Part shown: one piece after another, positions 1 to 9,043 of the stretch
Position numbering within the stretch: position 1 is the stretch's first letter
Layout: every line of letters starts with the position of its first letter
Virus record (IMG/VR): IMGVR_UViG_3300011868_000001
Coordinates: 160,001-224,000 of that record
DNA length: 64,000 bases
Source: a virus
Lineage: Duplodnaviria; Caudoviricetes
Direction: 5' to 3' (one strand)
Made by a program: the position numbers and the translations under genes
The notes under the pieces: generated by a model
The model's database searches: none
What the model was told of the DNA's origin: nothing
Seen by the model: the letters and a program-made list of their open reading frames with translations, nothing else

Positions 1-1032
1 GTAATACTCGGTCGTACTGTGGTCGTTGAGACGCAAGAACAGCTCATCCATCTGTTTACCAACGCCCAAGGTTACATGGGTCATTGCCCCTTTGCCACGA
101 GTGACAAAGACTTTCTTTAACGCCTCCCAGACTCGTCCATGATTGAACGAAATGAGATATTCCAGCACGGGTGCATCGTCACACAAGGTATCCAACTGCA
201 TTCCGTTTGCCAGCGGAACAGTTTTCACGGTACGAGAGGTTGGAACATCGTCAATTGAGCTGCCAGAAAATGCATTCCCAACGATACGATCGCTGTCCAG
301 CAGTCGTTTGGCAAGGTCCCCGCGTTGCGGGATAGGGGTATCGGCTTTCTGACTCCGGGTGATGAGCGCCAGCACCTGACCAGTTCCGTTCACCCGAGGA
401 TCGTAGATCTCGATGATACGGTCGCCAGAGTCCAAAGCCAGAAAGACAATAGACTTAGGGTCTTGATCATCGGTGATGAACTCGATCCATTTCCTATTGC
501 GAAAGCCCACCATGATCCGGAAGAACGCTGTAGCAGGAAATTTAACTTGCACGTTGTTGAGATCGGTGTAGCCTTCTTCTTTATTCAGCTTTTCGATAAA
601 TGACACGATCAGGCCGGTCTTGGGGATTTCACGCAGACTTTCGGTTTTAACATGTACTTGCATGGGAACTTCCTTTTCCTTAACAGTTGGTGTTTTTGGA
701 ATGCTTGTGATCTGACGCGTGAAGCGCATGATACACTTGTAGTTTACTTTATGTTCGGGAACGTGCTGTACCAGATACTTGCCGGCATCATCACGCTCTA
801 TACGCAGGAAGGTGTATTCCCCGCCCCGACGCAATGCCACGAACCGCTGACCGCGATACCCTTCAAGAATTTCGAATACCTCACTGGATTTGAAAGGTAT
901 CTCTTTGTCATCAAGGTCGGTGTACTCCTCCACTCTGGTTAAGAGCGTATAAATCCGGCGCACCTGACCCCATTTAGGCAGATTCTTGAGGATGTAGGTG
1001 GATTGCAATTCGACATTAGCCAATTGTTTCAT
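1..1032 (-). CDS. hypothetical protein, 3' end outside window (>=344 aa, MKQLANVELQSTYILKNLPKW...)
   Basis: Read by hand (not in ORF track): ATG at 1032 preceded by AAGGAG, frame open to position 1, just downstream of the promoter-like motif at 1060-1087. Confidence 0.8.
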   Translation of the reverse strand, partial: MKQLANVELQSTYILKNLPKWGQVRRIYTLLTRVEEYTDLDDKEIPFKSSEVFEILEGYRGQRFVALRRGGEYTFLRIERDDAGKYLVQHVPEHKVNYKCIMRFTRQITSIPKTPTVKEKEVPMQVHVKTESLREIPKTGLIVSFIEKLNKEEGYTDLNNVQVKFPATAFFRIMVGFRNRKWIEFITDDQDPKSIVFLALDSGDRIIEIYDPRVNGTGQVLALITRSQKADTPIPQRGDLAKRLLDSDRIVGNAFSGSSIDDVPTSRTVKTVPLANGMQLDTLCDDAPVLEYLISFNHGRVWEALKKVFVTRGKGAMTHVTLGVGKQMDELFLRLNDHSTTEYY

Positions 1033-1059
1033 GACACAGCTCCTTAGCTTACGGTGGGT

Positions 1060-1087
1060 TATTCAGGATTATCATGTATCGTTGAAA
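1060..1087 (-). promoter_or_regulatory. putative early phage promoter, copy 1
   Basis: Minus strand TTTCAACGATACAT-GATAATCC-TGAATA; same motif and spacing at 3407, 4662 and 63977. Confidence 0.7.
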
Positions 1088-1117
1088 TAAATTGGAATTG
1101 GGACAAAAAGAAATAAG

Positions 1118-1147
1118 GACAGGGGCCGATTGGCCCCTGTCTATGCC
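1118..1147. terminator. hairpin terminator
   Basis: GACAGGGGCC-GATT-GGCCCCTGTC followed by TATGCC; T-rich tail on the minus strand, right after the 1153 stop. Confidence 0.7.
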
Positions 1148-1152
1148 AACAA

Positions 1153-1512
1153 TTAGTCACGACTGTAGCTGGTGCGCACATGACCCAATATGATCCAGCC
1201 CTTGGTGCATTGGACCATCAGATGGTTCGTCGAGAAACCACGACGTACAGCCCGACCATACAGGGTGTATGTTGGTTGCCTGTCTGCTTGGCGAACCACA
1301 TCTACCTCGAACCCTGGGGATTCAACCAGTTCACGCATTGCCCTTAAGCTCTCTACGTGCTCCATAGAGCGTAGATCAATGAAGTGCGAGGCGATGTACG
1401 GCGGGACGTTCAGATCGTCCTCTATCGCGCGTATAGCGCCTTCTAAGGCGATATGGTGATAGGTGTTGTCGAAGTCAAGGTCGACCGGGATGTAATCATC
1501 AATGACTAACAT
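1153..1512 (-). CDS. hypothetical protein
   Basis: 119-aa ORF with GGAG RBS, packed in a minus-strand operon. Confidence 0.75.
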   Translation of the reverse strand: MLVIDDYIPVDLDFDNTYHHIALEGAIRAIEDDLNVPPYIASHFIDLRSMEHVESLRAMRELVESPGFEVDVVRQADRQPTYTLYGRAVRRGFSTNHLMVQCTKGWIILGHVRTSYSRD

Positions 1513-1519
1513 GATGCTC

Positions 1520-2005
1520 CTACGCCTGGGTGCAGTCGATCACGGTAAACCGTGAACGCTTGCGCTGATATTCTTCTTGTGCTTCTCGATGTTTACGGGC
1601 ATCTTCAGCCAGTTCTTCTTCAAGGCTATCGAGCCGGGCTAAGACATTGATCACCTGTCCCAGGTCCTCGATAGGTTGATAGATGGCATCGAGGTCATCG
1701 TTCATGCGTACGTTAAGGCGATTGTCCTTTACCGCTACGTCAAGAACGAAGTGGTCAAGCTCGCCGTCCAGGTCCCAGAAGCTGACCCGGATGCTGTAAT
1801 CGAATTCTGAATTGAGTGCAGGCATGAACCGTAGACGGGTCTCATCGTCTCCGATCGTTTCCCCGATTGGTTCATCCATTTCATTGTACAGGGTGATACG
1901 TTCGCGGTAGCGCCATTCATGACCGCCTGTCACCGCTATATCGATCTTCTCCTGAATAGATGCCAAGGCACCCATGAGTGCTGCTTCCATGATCGACAAT
2001 TTCAT
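1520..2005 (-). CDS. hypothetical protein
   Basis: ORF track 1520-2041; likely start MKLSIME at 2005 after GAGG. Confidence 0.75.
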   Translation of the reverse strand: MKLSIMEAALMGALASIQEKIDIAVTGGHEWRYRERITLYNEMDEPIGETIGDDETRLRFMPALNSEFDYSIRVSFWDLDGELDHFVLDVAVKDNRLNVRMNDDLDAIYQPIEDLGQVINVLARLDSLEEELAEDARKHREAQEEYQRKRSRFTVIDCTQA

Positions 2006-2047
2006 ACCCACCTCATGATGTCCCGCCCGAAGGCGGGACATTTACCG

Positions 2048-2689
2048 TCAGCTACTGTGAAGGCGAATCACCTGAAACTTACGGCGCTTGACCGGTGCTT
2101 GTTTCGGGGTGCGCTTACTGCCTTCGCTCGAGGTATTGCCACTCGGCTTCTTCGCTGCGGTCACTGGCGCTTTAGTTGCAGCGCGTTGTGGTTGCAGACC
2201 AACCGAATGTGCCACCTCGGCAAGGGTCATACGTTTAGGGCGGTTTTCACGCGGAGTGTGAATGCGCTCACTGATGTAGAACCCCATACCACAGCTCTTC
2301 AGCTGAACCAGGTATGCTTTCTGCGGCTTGTCGAAGGCGAAGGTGATCCCCAGCTCATTGGTCAGATCACCGCCATGCTTGATGGCATCGAGCAGCACCG
2401 ACTTGTGCTCACGGACAATACTGTCGACACGAGTCTGGACGCTTTCGGGCAGGGCAATACCATAGAAGAAATTGTCCTTGGCTTTGCTGGACGGGTTAGG
2501 CGACATGCCTTCTTTGGCCCGTGTCCGAATGTCTGCCATGTGCAGGATGTCATCGGTCATGATCAGGCGGAAGTAATAACCACCGCTAAGCAGGGCTTCG
2601 CTGATGGCGGCGAGTTCGTTGCGCAGGATCACCTGTGCCTCGGTGAGATCGAGACAGGCATTGGCTTGGGGTTCGACGAGCGCGTTCAT
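2048..2689 (-). CDS. hypothetical protein with basic C-terminal tail
   Basis: ORF track 2048-2743; likely start MNALVE at 2689 after AGGAG. Confidence 0.7.
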   Translation of the reverse strand: MNALVEPQANACLDLTEAQVILRNELAAISEALLSGGYYFRLIMTDDILHMADIRTRAKEGMSPNPSSKAKDNFFYGIALPESVQTRVDSIVREHKSVLLDAIKHGGDLTNELGITFAFDKPQKAYLVQLKSCGMGFYISERIHTPRENRPKRMTLAEVAHSVGLQPQRAATKAPVTAAKKPSGNTSSEGSKRTPKQAPVKRRKFQVIRLHSS

Positions 2690-2792
2690 AGATGACTCCT
2701 GTTGTATATGCTTGAGTGTGGGCATGTGTTGGCCATGCGTCACATGATGAAACAGTGCAGTTCTATTTTCCCGACTTAGAAAAAAAGAAACA

Positions 2793-2826
2793 GCATAAAC
2801 AGCCAGTCACCGAAGTGACTGGCTGT
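2793..2826. terminator. hairpin terminator
   Basis: ACAGCCAGTCAC-CGAA-GTGACTGGCTGT; on the minus strand followed by TTATGC and a T tract. Confidence 0.75.
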
Positions 2827-2837
2827 AGATACGCTTC

Positions 2838-3317
2838 TTACTTGCCGAAGGAAGCAGCGAAGGTCTCGTTGACGTGGGTCAGCACGCGCTTGAGATCGCC
2901 ACGCTTGGCAGCAGCGCCGCTGTCCAGACGCACGGAGACGTTGCCGTACTTCGGCTTTTCTTCGGTGGCACCCGGTGCACGAACCATGACCTTGCGATCG
3001 ACCGACGCACGGATGGTATTGCTGCCGAATTCCACGGACAGGGAAGTGCGCTCCAGGTCCGACTTTTCCTTCATGCGGCTGTGGGTGGCATTACCCAGGC
3101 CGAGAGCAGTGGCACCGGCGATGGTGGCTTCGGTGTTCTGTACCAGCTTGACGGTGTCAAGGGTCAGTTCCTCGCTGCCGCTAGCCAGGGCCAGGTTGTC
3201 CTTGACGAAGGTTTCGGGCAGTACGGCAGCACCGTCGTCGTCGAAGGAGATGGCTTCTTCTACCTTCGCGGCCAGGTTCTTGATCTGCTCGGAAACTTTG
3301 TTCAGTGCTTCGGACAT
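2838..3317 (-). CDS. hypothetical protein, probably abundant early protein
   Basis: Likely start MSEALNK at 3317 after GGAG; strongly biased codons; has its own promoter-like motif and terminator. Confidence 0.8.
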   Translation of the reverse strand: MSEALNKVSEQIKNLAAKVEEAISFDDDGAAVLPETFVKDNLALASGSEELTLDTVKLVQNTEATIAGATALGLGNATHSRMKEKSDLERTSLSVEFGSNTIRASVDRKVMVRAPGATEEKPKYGNVSVRLDSGAAAKRGDLKRVLTHVNETFAASFGK

Positions 3318-3406
3318 CGTAGATACTCCATTTGGGTTTTCATTGGTCAACACGTGTTAACGCACATCAGAGGCGTCGAGAGTTTTTATTTACAATCGAC
3401 TTCCGA

Positions 3407-3436
3407 TATTCACGTTGATAATGTAGCAGTTCAAAA
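3407..3436 (-). promoter_or_regulatory. putative early phage promoter, copy 2
   Basis: Minus strand TTTTGAACTGCTACAT-TATCAACG-TGAATA. Confidence 0.6.
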
Positions 3437-3460
3437 AGCTTGAATTGAATCGCTGAGGAC

Positions 3461-3491
3461 AAAAAAGAAAAAAGGACCCGAAGGCCCTTTT
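3461..3491 (-). terminator. intrinsic terminator
   Basis: AAAAGGGCCTTCGGGTCCTTTT hairpin with TTCG loop and long T tract after the 3501 stop. Confidence 0.75.
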
Positions 3492-3500
3492 CTCGTTGGA

Positions 3501-3830
3501 TCACTTGGCAAGGCCAAGGACCACGCCACCGGTCTGACCATCGAGCTTGACCACCGCTTCTTGCGCGGCCTTGTGGGCCTCGTTGATCGGCGGGGCTTCG
3601 CTGATGTGAAGTTTACCCTCTGCAATCGCTTGCTGGGTAACGGCTTCCTTCTTGACGGCAATCGCTTGCTGGACAGCCGCCTTCTTGGCCTTGCTACGCT
3701 TGCGCAGCCAGAAGGCACCACCACCAATGGCCAGCGTACCGGCAGCAGCACCAGCGGCGACCACAGGGTTTTCAGAGATGGCTTCCAGAACGGTGCCAGC
3801 GGTTTCTTTCACGATTTCGATCAGGGACAT
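3501..3830 (-). CDS. small single-pass membrane protein
   Basis: MSLIEIVK start after GGAG; hydrophobic VVAAGAAAGTLAIGGGAFWL followed by RKRSKAKK. Confidence 0.75.
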   Translation of the reverse strand: MSLIEIVKETAGTVLEAISENPVVAAGAAAGTLAIGGGAFWLRKRSKAKKAAVQQAIAVKKEAVTQQAIAEGKLHISEAPPINEAHKAAQEAVVKLDGQTGGVVLGLAK

Positions 3831-3855
3831 GAGTGTATCTCCAGGTAGTTCAGAT

Positions 3856-3993
3856 TTAGTGAGTGATGCGAGTGACGCCGCGCAGGGCGGCTTTCTTACG
3901 GGCGTCAGCCTTGCTACCGAAATAGCAAGCAACCAACGTGAGGGTAAACAGCGCCGCCATTACGATGGCGTCAGACAGTGGATTGTATTCCAT
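3856..3993 (-). CDS. 45-aa membrane peptide (MEYNPLSDAIVMAALFTLTLVACYFGSKADARKKAALRGVTRITH)
   Basis: Read by hand; TAATG stop/start overlap with the upstream gene; TM segment plus basic tail. Confidence 0.65.
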   Translation of the reverse strand: MEYNPLSDAIVMAALFTLTLVACYFGSKADARKKAALRGVTRITH

Positions 3994-4130
3994 TATTTGT
4001 TCTCCGCTTTATCGTTAAGGCGAGCTTTGAGAGCTTCGTTTTCGGCACGCAGGTGACGGCGCTCGTCAGCACGAGCTTTCAACCACCAGCCAAGACCGAC
4101 ACCAATACCTACTGCAATGAGCTTGTCCAT
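3993..4130 (-). CDS. 45-aa membrane-anchored peptide (MDKLIAVGIGVGLGWWLK...)
   Basis: AAGGAG RBS; hydrophobic N-terminus and short coiled coil. Confidence 0.7.
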   Translation of the reverse strand: MDKLIAVGIGVGLGWWLKARADERRHLRAENEALKARLNDKAENK

Positions 4131-4227
4131 GTTCGTCTCCTTAGACGGGGTTAGTAGACAGGTTACATCTAAGAACCCACTCAAGTGAATGGACTCTTAG
4201 ATGGGGGCTTGTGAAAGCCCCTCGAGA

Positions 4228-4617
4228 TTAACGGTAGAATGCCCGCACTTCGTTGGCCACCTCGGCCACCAGCATCACGGGCAACACCACGAAAAACTCC
4301 ATGAGTGCACCTTCATCTTTGATCGCATTGATCGCCTGAAGGAACTCATCGTCACTACATGGCAGCAGCACACCATTCTCAACGCGCCCACTGATAGTTT
4401 TGGGCGTGAAGAAGCTAACGATCTGATCAGCCACTTCGTAGTCATCAGCGGTCAAGGCCGCTTCACTGAAACCACTTTCTTCCTTGAGACGCTCGGCGAT
4501 CGCATTCATCTGCGTCAGCGCCTCTTTACTGAAGACCACGTATTCACCACCTTCTTCTTTGTTGACGAAGACTTTGGTCAATTTGGCTTTCAGGCTTTCA
4601 CGGGTAATGTCAGACAT
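4228..4617 (-). CDS. hypothetical protein
   Basis: 129-aa ORF, GGAG RBS, first gene after the promoter-like motif at 4662-4689. Confidence 0.8.
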   Translation of the reverse strand: MSDITRESLKAKLTKVFVNKEEGGEYVVFSKEALTQMNAIAERLKEESGFSEAALTADDYEVADQIVSFFTPKTISGRVENGVLLPCSDDEFLQAINAIKDEGALMEFFVVLPVMLVAEVANEVRAFYR

Positions 4618-4643
4618 CTGTGTTCTCCAAGAACAAGGTAAGA

Positions 4644-4689
4644 CAGGTAGATTATTCTACCTATTCACCTCTACTATGTATCGTTGAAA
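4644..4689 (-). promoter_or_regulatory. putative early promoter, copy 3, with leader hairpin
   Basis: TTTCAACGATACAT-AGTAGAGG-TGAATA then AGGTAGA-ATAA-TCTACCT hairpin; 38/43 nt identical to 63958-64000. Confidence 0.75.
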
Positions 4690-4713
4690 ATATTTCGAAT
4701 CGAATTGACAGAC

Positions 4714-4749
4714 AGCATAGACGGAGGGCAGCTGCCCTCCGTCTATGCT
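4714..4749. terminator. CATA/TATG hairpin terminator
   Basis: Perfect inverted repeat AGCATAGACGGAGGGCA-GC-TGCCCTCCGTCTATGCT after the 4756 stop. Confidence 0.75.
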
Positions 4750-4755
4750 TGTTAC

Positions 4756-6162
4756 TTATCGCTTCGCCGCACCAGTCATCTTTTTCGCAATGCTGGTACT
4801 GTTGTTCACCATATCGCGGATCAATCCGAAACCGTGCATGTTAAGCGACCAATGCAGCTTCTCAGCGCTGCTGTAGATCGCCTTGATGGAATTCAAGGCA
4901 GCCTTGCCTTCACGATCAAGGCCGGCGCCCAAACGATCCAGCTCGACCTTGAGCTGATCACGACCTGTAAACATGCGTTCAAACTGATTTGGCAGGCCGC
5001 GTCGAATGGCGGCGGTTCGACGACCAAGCTCAGAGGTCTTCTTGAACGAGTCGATCACTTCGGAGTATTTGATCTGGTGCTTGATCCGCCCGCCGGCCTG
5101 GCGATTGTTCATAGCGGTTGTGGTCGCAAAAGCCGACGTAACACCGATGATCAAGGCTGCACCGACAACAGCGCCAGCCGCGGAAGCCACTCCTCCGGCA
5201 ACACCGTAGGTCAACAGCCACGCCGGAAAGCGCAACATGGCCGACGCTTTAATGCCATGCTTAAGACGGCCAAGGTTATTGCGTGCATACTTACCGACCG
5301 TGTCCCAGTTACCGATGTCAATCCCAGTCCGGTTTGGATTAGGCGCCAGGTTGAACTGGGTGTGCACGTTACCCAGCAAGTAGTCACCGTCCAGTTTCTG
5401 ACGAGCATGGAGAGACGGGTTCGGCAGACTCGACACCTTCTTCAGCAGCGCTAGGGCATCTTCGGTATTTTCTACCTTTGCACCGTGCACCATATTCCGG
5501 ATCTTGTCAGCGGTATCCTCGGCAATTTTCGCAGCATCGAGCAGGCCTTCGGCGTGCTTAGCGGTAACCTGCGTATCCTTGCCCAAGTCCTTAGTCGGCT
5601 TGTCATTGACCGTGATCCATTGCAAGATACCAATGGAATTGATACGGACGCCGTTCTCGCTGAACCATTCCTTGACATCCCCCAGGTGCTTGATCGCCGC
5701 ATCGAGTTCGGACGAGTTACGTTCTACCGCCCCGATACTGTCCCAGAGATCACGAACCGCCCAGGATTCCTGCGAGACCTGCAGTGCATTTTCCAACGAC
5801 GCTTTGACCTGTTCGGCCTGTTCGATGAATGCAGCTTTCTTGGAATCGTCACCATAACTCTCCAGCGAGGCACGGGTACCAGTGATACCGTATTTTCCAC
5901 AGATGGCCTCGAGCGCAATACTGAGGGCTTCCATGGCCACTGCATCGTTTTCCCCGATACCCTGCGCTTGCGTGACCAGTTCATCGATCACCGTGCTATC
6001 GGCAGCCACGCGATGTTCTTCGTATGTCACGTCGTCCGGCGTGTATTCGCTAGAAGTGTCGCGCAGTTCATCGACAGTCTCAAGGAAACTTTCTTGTTCC
6101 TGTCCAGGCCCAGCTATCGGATTGGCCGATTCAAGCGCCGTGATTAGTAGTGTGTTCTTCAT
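4756..6162 (-). CDS. putative internal head/ejection protein with protease-cleaved propeptide
   Basis: 468 aa; acidic N-terminus with ALE, AME, ALE, SLE, SLE, SQE motifs typical of phiKZ gp175 protease substrates; in the protease operon. Confidence 0.7.
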   Translation of the reverse strand: MKNTLLITALESANPIAGPGQEQESFLETVDELRDTSSEYTPDDVTYEEHRVAADSTVIDELVTQAQGIGENDAVAMEALSIALEAICGKYGITGTRASLESYGDDSKKAAFIEQAEQVKASLENALQVSQESWAVRDLWDSIGAVERNSSELDAAIKHLGDVKEWFSENGVRINSIGILQWITVNDKPTKDLGKDTQVTAKHAEGLLDAAKIAEDTADKIRNMVHGAKVENTEDALALLKKVSSLPNPSLHARQKLDGDYLLGNVHTQFNLAPNPNRTGIDIGNWDTVGKYARNNLGRLKHGIKASAMLRFPAWLLTYGVAGGVASAAGAVVGAALIIGVTSAFATTTAMNNRQAGGRIKHQIKYSEVIDSFKKTSELGRRTAAIRRGLPNQFERMFTGRDQLKVELDRLGAGLDREGKAALNSIKAIYSSAEKLHWSLNMHGFGLIRDMVNNSTSIAKKMTGAAKR

Positions 6163-6173
6163 TTGAGTTAGTC

Positions 6174-7469
6174 CTAAGAGGCCTTTTTCAACACGTCGTT
6201 ACCGATGAGGGTGATATTGCGGTATACGTACGACGCGTGATCTTCCATCATGATTGCCAGTGCTTTTCCAAGGAACATGTACTGTGCCACGCTCCGTCTT
6301 GCCGAACGGTGAAGAGCACGTAATTCACGGACTCGTACCGCATTCTCTTCCAACGACTTCTCGGTGTTGACATGATTGTACGCATCGTCCATGTCACCGG
6401 TCAGTCGCTTGACGCGTTCGCCCATGGCAGCTGCCATCTGAGCGAATTTCACCACCCGGTTATTCAGCGCAATGGCCTTATCCACGGTCTTGATGAAAGC
6501 CTGGGTCGAGGTCTCGCCACCAGAGGCCGCTACCTGCCTCGCCACGCTGTTTTTAGCCGCCACAGCGTTCATACCCTGGACGCCATTGACACTCTTCACC
6601 TGACCGCCAATGGAGAAGCCGTGGATCTTCTTCTTGGCCAGCTGGGTCACCAGGTTATTGGCATCATCGACCTTGTTGGTAAACTGCCAGGTCACCTCAC
6701 CCTTCTTGAACTGCGGATAACCTCGTTTATCCAGGTATACCGTCCGGTTGCCCAGCAGATTGAACTTGGTGAGGTTGTTCAGCACAGTCCGATCGAGCAT
6801 ATTGTCATCGAGGTAGTCGATGGCATCACGGATCGCATCGTTAGAGTCGCTGTTACACGCCTCCCGAAAACGCTTAGCCAAATCTGCCGAAACATCATAG
6901 AAGGACTTGTAGTGCTCTTCGCAGGCATCGATGAATTTAAGGTCTTCATCAATGCACGTCGAAAGGTTCTTCACCGGCTTATGTGCTCGAGTGAGGAACG
7001 TATAAGCACTGACAGAATCGATCAACACCGGTGCTGCATCAATGGCGTCTTTGTGTTGACTCAATTTGGCCTTGATGTCAACCAGGTTCTTGCCAAAGGT
7101 GCGGGTAGCCAGCATCATGTTCTGGAAGGTGCGCTTGAGCGCCTGAGCCATATCGGCTTCCATCGAGGGCTGATACAGCGCCTCCATGGTGGCTCGAATT
7201 TCTTGTACCAGTGCATCACCGGTTTGCGCATTACCTTTAACCATGTCGTGGTGCGAAGCGCGCCAATCCCGATAGGTCTGTTCGGCTTCCAGGATATCTA
7301 CAACCGAGCCGTCAGCCATGGCGATCTGCTCAATGCAGCTCTCAAGGACCAGACGACTGTCGTCGACATCTGCCATTTCAGAAATAACGGGCAATGCTGG
7401 AGCCAGAGAGGTCTCTGACTCCAGCTGCTGCGCAGCATCCACCAACAGGGAGTTGATGGGGTTGTGCAT
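6174..7469 (-). CDS. putative internal head protein, distant paralog of 4756-6162
   Basis: Start MHNPIN coupled to the protease stop (TAATG); acidic N-terminus with TME/SME; LLGN segment shared with its neighbour. Confidence 0.7.
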   Translation of the reverse strand: MHNPINSLLVDAAQQLESETSLAPALPVISEMADVDDSRLVLESCIEQIAMADGSVVDILEAEQTYRDWRASHHDMVKGNAQTGDALVQEIRATMEALYQPSMEADMAQALKRTFQNMMLATRTFGKNLVDIKAKLSQHKDAIDAAPVLIDSVSAYTFLTRAHKPVKNLSTCIDEDLKFIDACEEHYKSFYDVSADLAKRFREACNSDSNDAIRDAIDYLDDNMLDRTVLNNLTKFNLLGNRTVYLDKRGYPQFKKGEVTWQFTNKVDDANNLVTQLAKKKIHGFSIGGQVKSVNGVQGMNAVAAKNSVARQVAASGGETSTQAFIKTVDKAIALNNRVVKFAQMAAAMGERVKRLTGDMDDAYNHVNTEKSLEENAVRVRELRALHRSARRSVAQYMFLGKALAIMMEDHASYVYRNITLIGNDVLKKAS

Positions 7470-8248
7470 TACCACCTCCAAGCGCTGGGAACGAACGAAC
7501 GAATGGGGCGTTCGATTTCAGCAATCAGGCTCATGACGTTGGCATTGGATTCAAAACCAATCCCTTCACCAACACCGACGTTCGGAATAGCTTTGGCTTC
7601 ACGACGCAGCGCATCGACGAAGAATGCTGTTTCCAGATCAGCTTCAGGGATGTCCTGTGCCAGCGATTCCAGCGAGGCCGTACCGTACTTGGACGACTTG
7701 GCAATGCCGGGCTCGTTGACGGTGTCCCAGGTGATGATCTTCTTCAGGAACTTGGTCTTGACGCCGCTGACTACCTTGTCTTCGGTAAAGGAGCGGATGG
7801 AGAAGCAGACATCTTCGTCACGGTTCTCCAGTTGCCGATCCAGCCAGGCACTTTCCTTCCCAGACGACTTGACTTCACCCACGACCATGGTCACAGCCCG
7901 ACCCCGTTCATCGACACCCGGTTCCAGACGAATGCGACGAATGTGCACGCAGACGTTCGGCTCGAAGATGTCATTGACCCGACTGAACCATTCCAGCTGA
8001 GTCATGCCAGGGCGGAAACGCGGATGACCACATTCGCCGCGCAGACGAGCGGTTTCCATCATGCGCATCAGGCCGCCCGATCCTTCGATCAGACGACGAC
8101 CTTCCGGCTCACTGTACAGCCAGCCGGCGGAGTTGAATGCCCCAAGGGCACCCAGACGAACTTCGTAGTAACCGTTGTCGAGCTTCTTCAGGTCCCCAAC
8201 CCGATTGATGCCCTGCAACACGTTACACTGATAAACAATACGTTCCAT
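7469..8248 (-). CDS. prohead (head maturation) protease, phiKZ gp175/T4 gp21-like
   Basis: GECGHP (His), CFSIRS (Ser) and TWDTVNEPG motifs; C-terminal SLE possible autocleavage site. Confidence 0.85.
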   Translation of the reverse strand: MERIVYQCNVLQGINRVGDLKKLDNGYYEVRLGALGAFNSAGWLYSEPEGRRLIEGSGGLMRMMETARLRGECGHPRFRPGMTQLEWFSRVNDIFEPNVCVHIRRIRLEPGVDERGRAVTMVVGEVKSSGKESAWLDRQLENRDEDVCFSIRSFTEDKVVSGVKTKFLKKIITWDTVNEPGIAKSSKYGTASLESLAQDIPEADLETAFFVDALRREAKAIPNVGVGEGIGFESNANVMSLIAEIERPIRSFVPSAWRW

Positions 8249-8261
8249 AACACTTAACCCT

Positions 8262-8993
8262 TTACGTCCGAAGTATCTTCTCAGTCCGTTCGACGCGCTC
8301 ACCAGGATTAACAATCGCACTGGTCATGCCTTCGTCGAACCGTGAACCGGTTATTTTGGCGATGGTGTTGGTCGCCCCGTAGCTGACGTTACGCAACGGG
8401 ATGATGGTCGGAGGCGACTGAGTGATGTCTTCGTAGGTTTCCACCACCTGACGGTAGTAGCGACGCAGGTCATTGCTGTCTCGAGCAATGGCTGCTGTAA
8501 TGATCTCCATGACAGTCGGTGTCTTACCGACCCGCACCCCGGCATGTTTAAGGGAGGTCTGAAAGATACCCCCAAGCTCGGCGTACGTGATGTACCAAGG
8601 AACGCGGCCCTTAGCAATGATCTCGTCATAGATGCGATAGAGCAGGTTGTCGATCATCACGAGGTTTTCGCTACAGATTACCCGGTCACCCGGTTCATAC
8701 TGCATTTCGATGTACTCGACATCGTCGATCACCGTCGTGTTGACCAGACTCGGCTCACTTCGAATAGGTGCACAAATCTTAGACGCCATGAAATAGGTGT
8801 CGTCCAGGACAATTGCGCAAATCCCGGTAAAGGTGATTTCATCTTCGAAGGTTGCCAGATCGCGCTGAGGAAACCGAGCGGGAATGTAAACCTTGAGCGG
8901 CTTCAGCGCCACGAACGAACCTTCGTCGGTACGCTCCAGTGCCTTGTGAACGCGAGCGGCGTCACGGATGAACTTACTCGATTTGATGCTCAT
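8262..8993 (-). CDS. conserved phiKZ-like protein (gp176-like by synteny)
   Basis: 243-aa ORF between the protease and RNAP genes. Confidence 0.7.
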   Translation of the reverse strand: MSIKSSKFIRDAARVHKALERTDEGSFVALKPLKVYIPARFPQRDLATFEDEITFTGICAIVLDDTYFMASKICAPIRSEPSLVNTTVIDDVEYIEMQYEPGDRVICSENLVMIDNLLYRIYDEIIAKGRVPWYITYAELGGIFQTSLKHAGVRVGKTPTVMEIITAAIARDSNDLRRYYRQVVETYEDITQSPPTIIPLRNVSYGATNTIAKITGSRFDEGMTSAIVNPGERVERTEKILRT

Positions 8994-9043
8994 TGCGAAA
9001 ATCCTGATGAAAGCCGGAGGGAATGAACCCTCCGGCTAATTGG

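Noticed and set aside
4165-4203. Imperfect intergenic hairpin as a tRNA or ncRNA
   Set aside because: Only a simple stem (CATCTAAGA...TCTTAGATG); no cloverleaf. I recognised no tRNA or rRNA genes in the window
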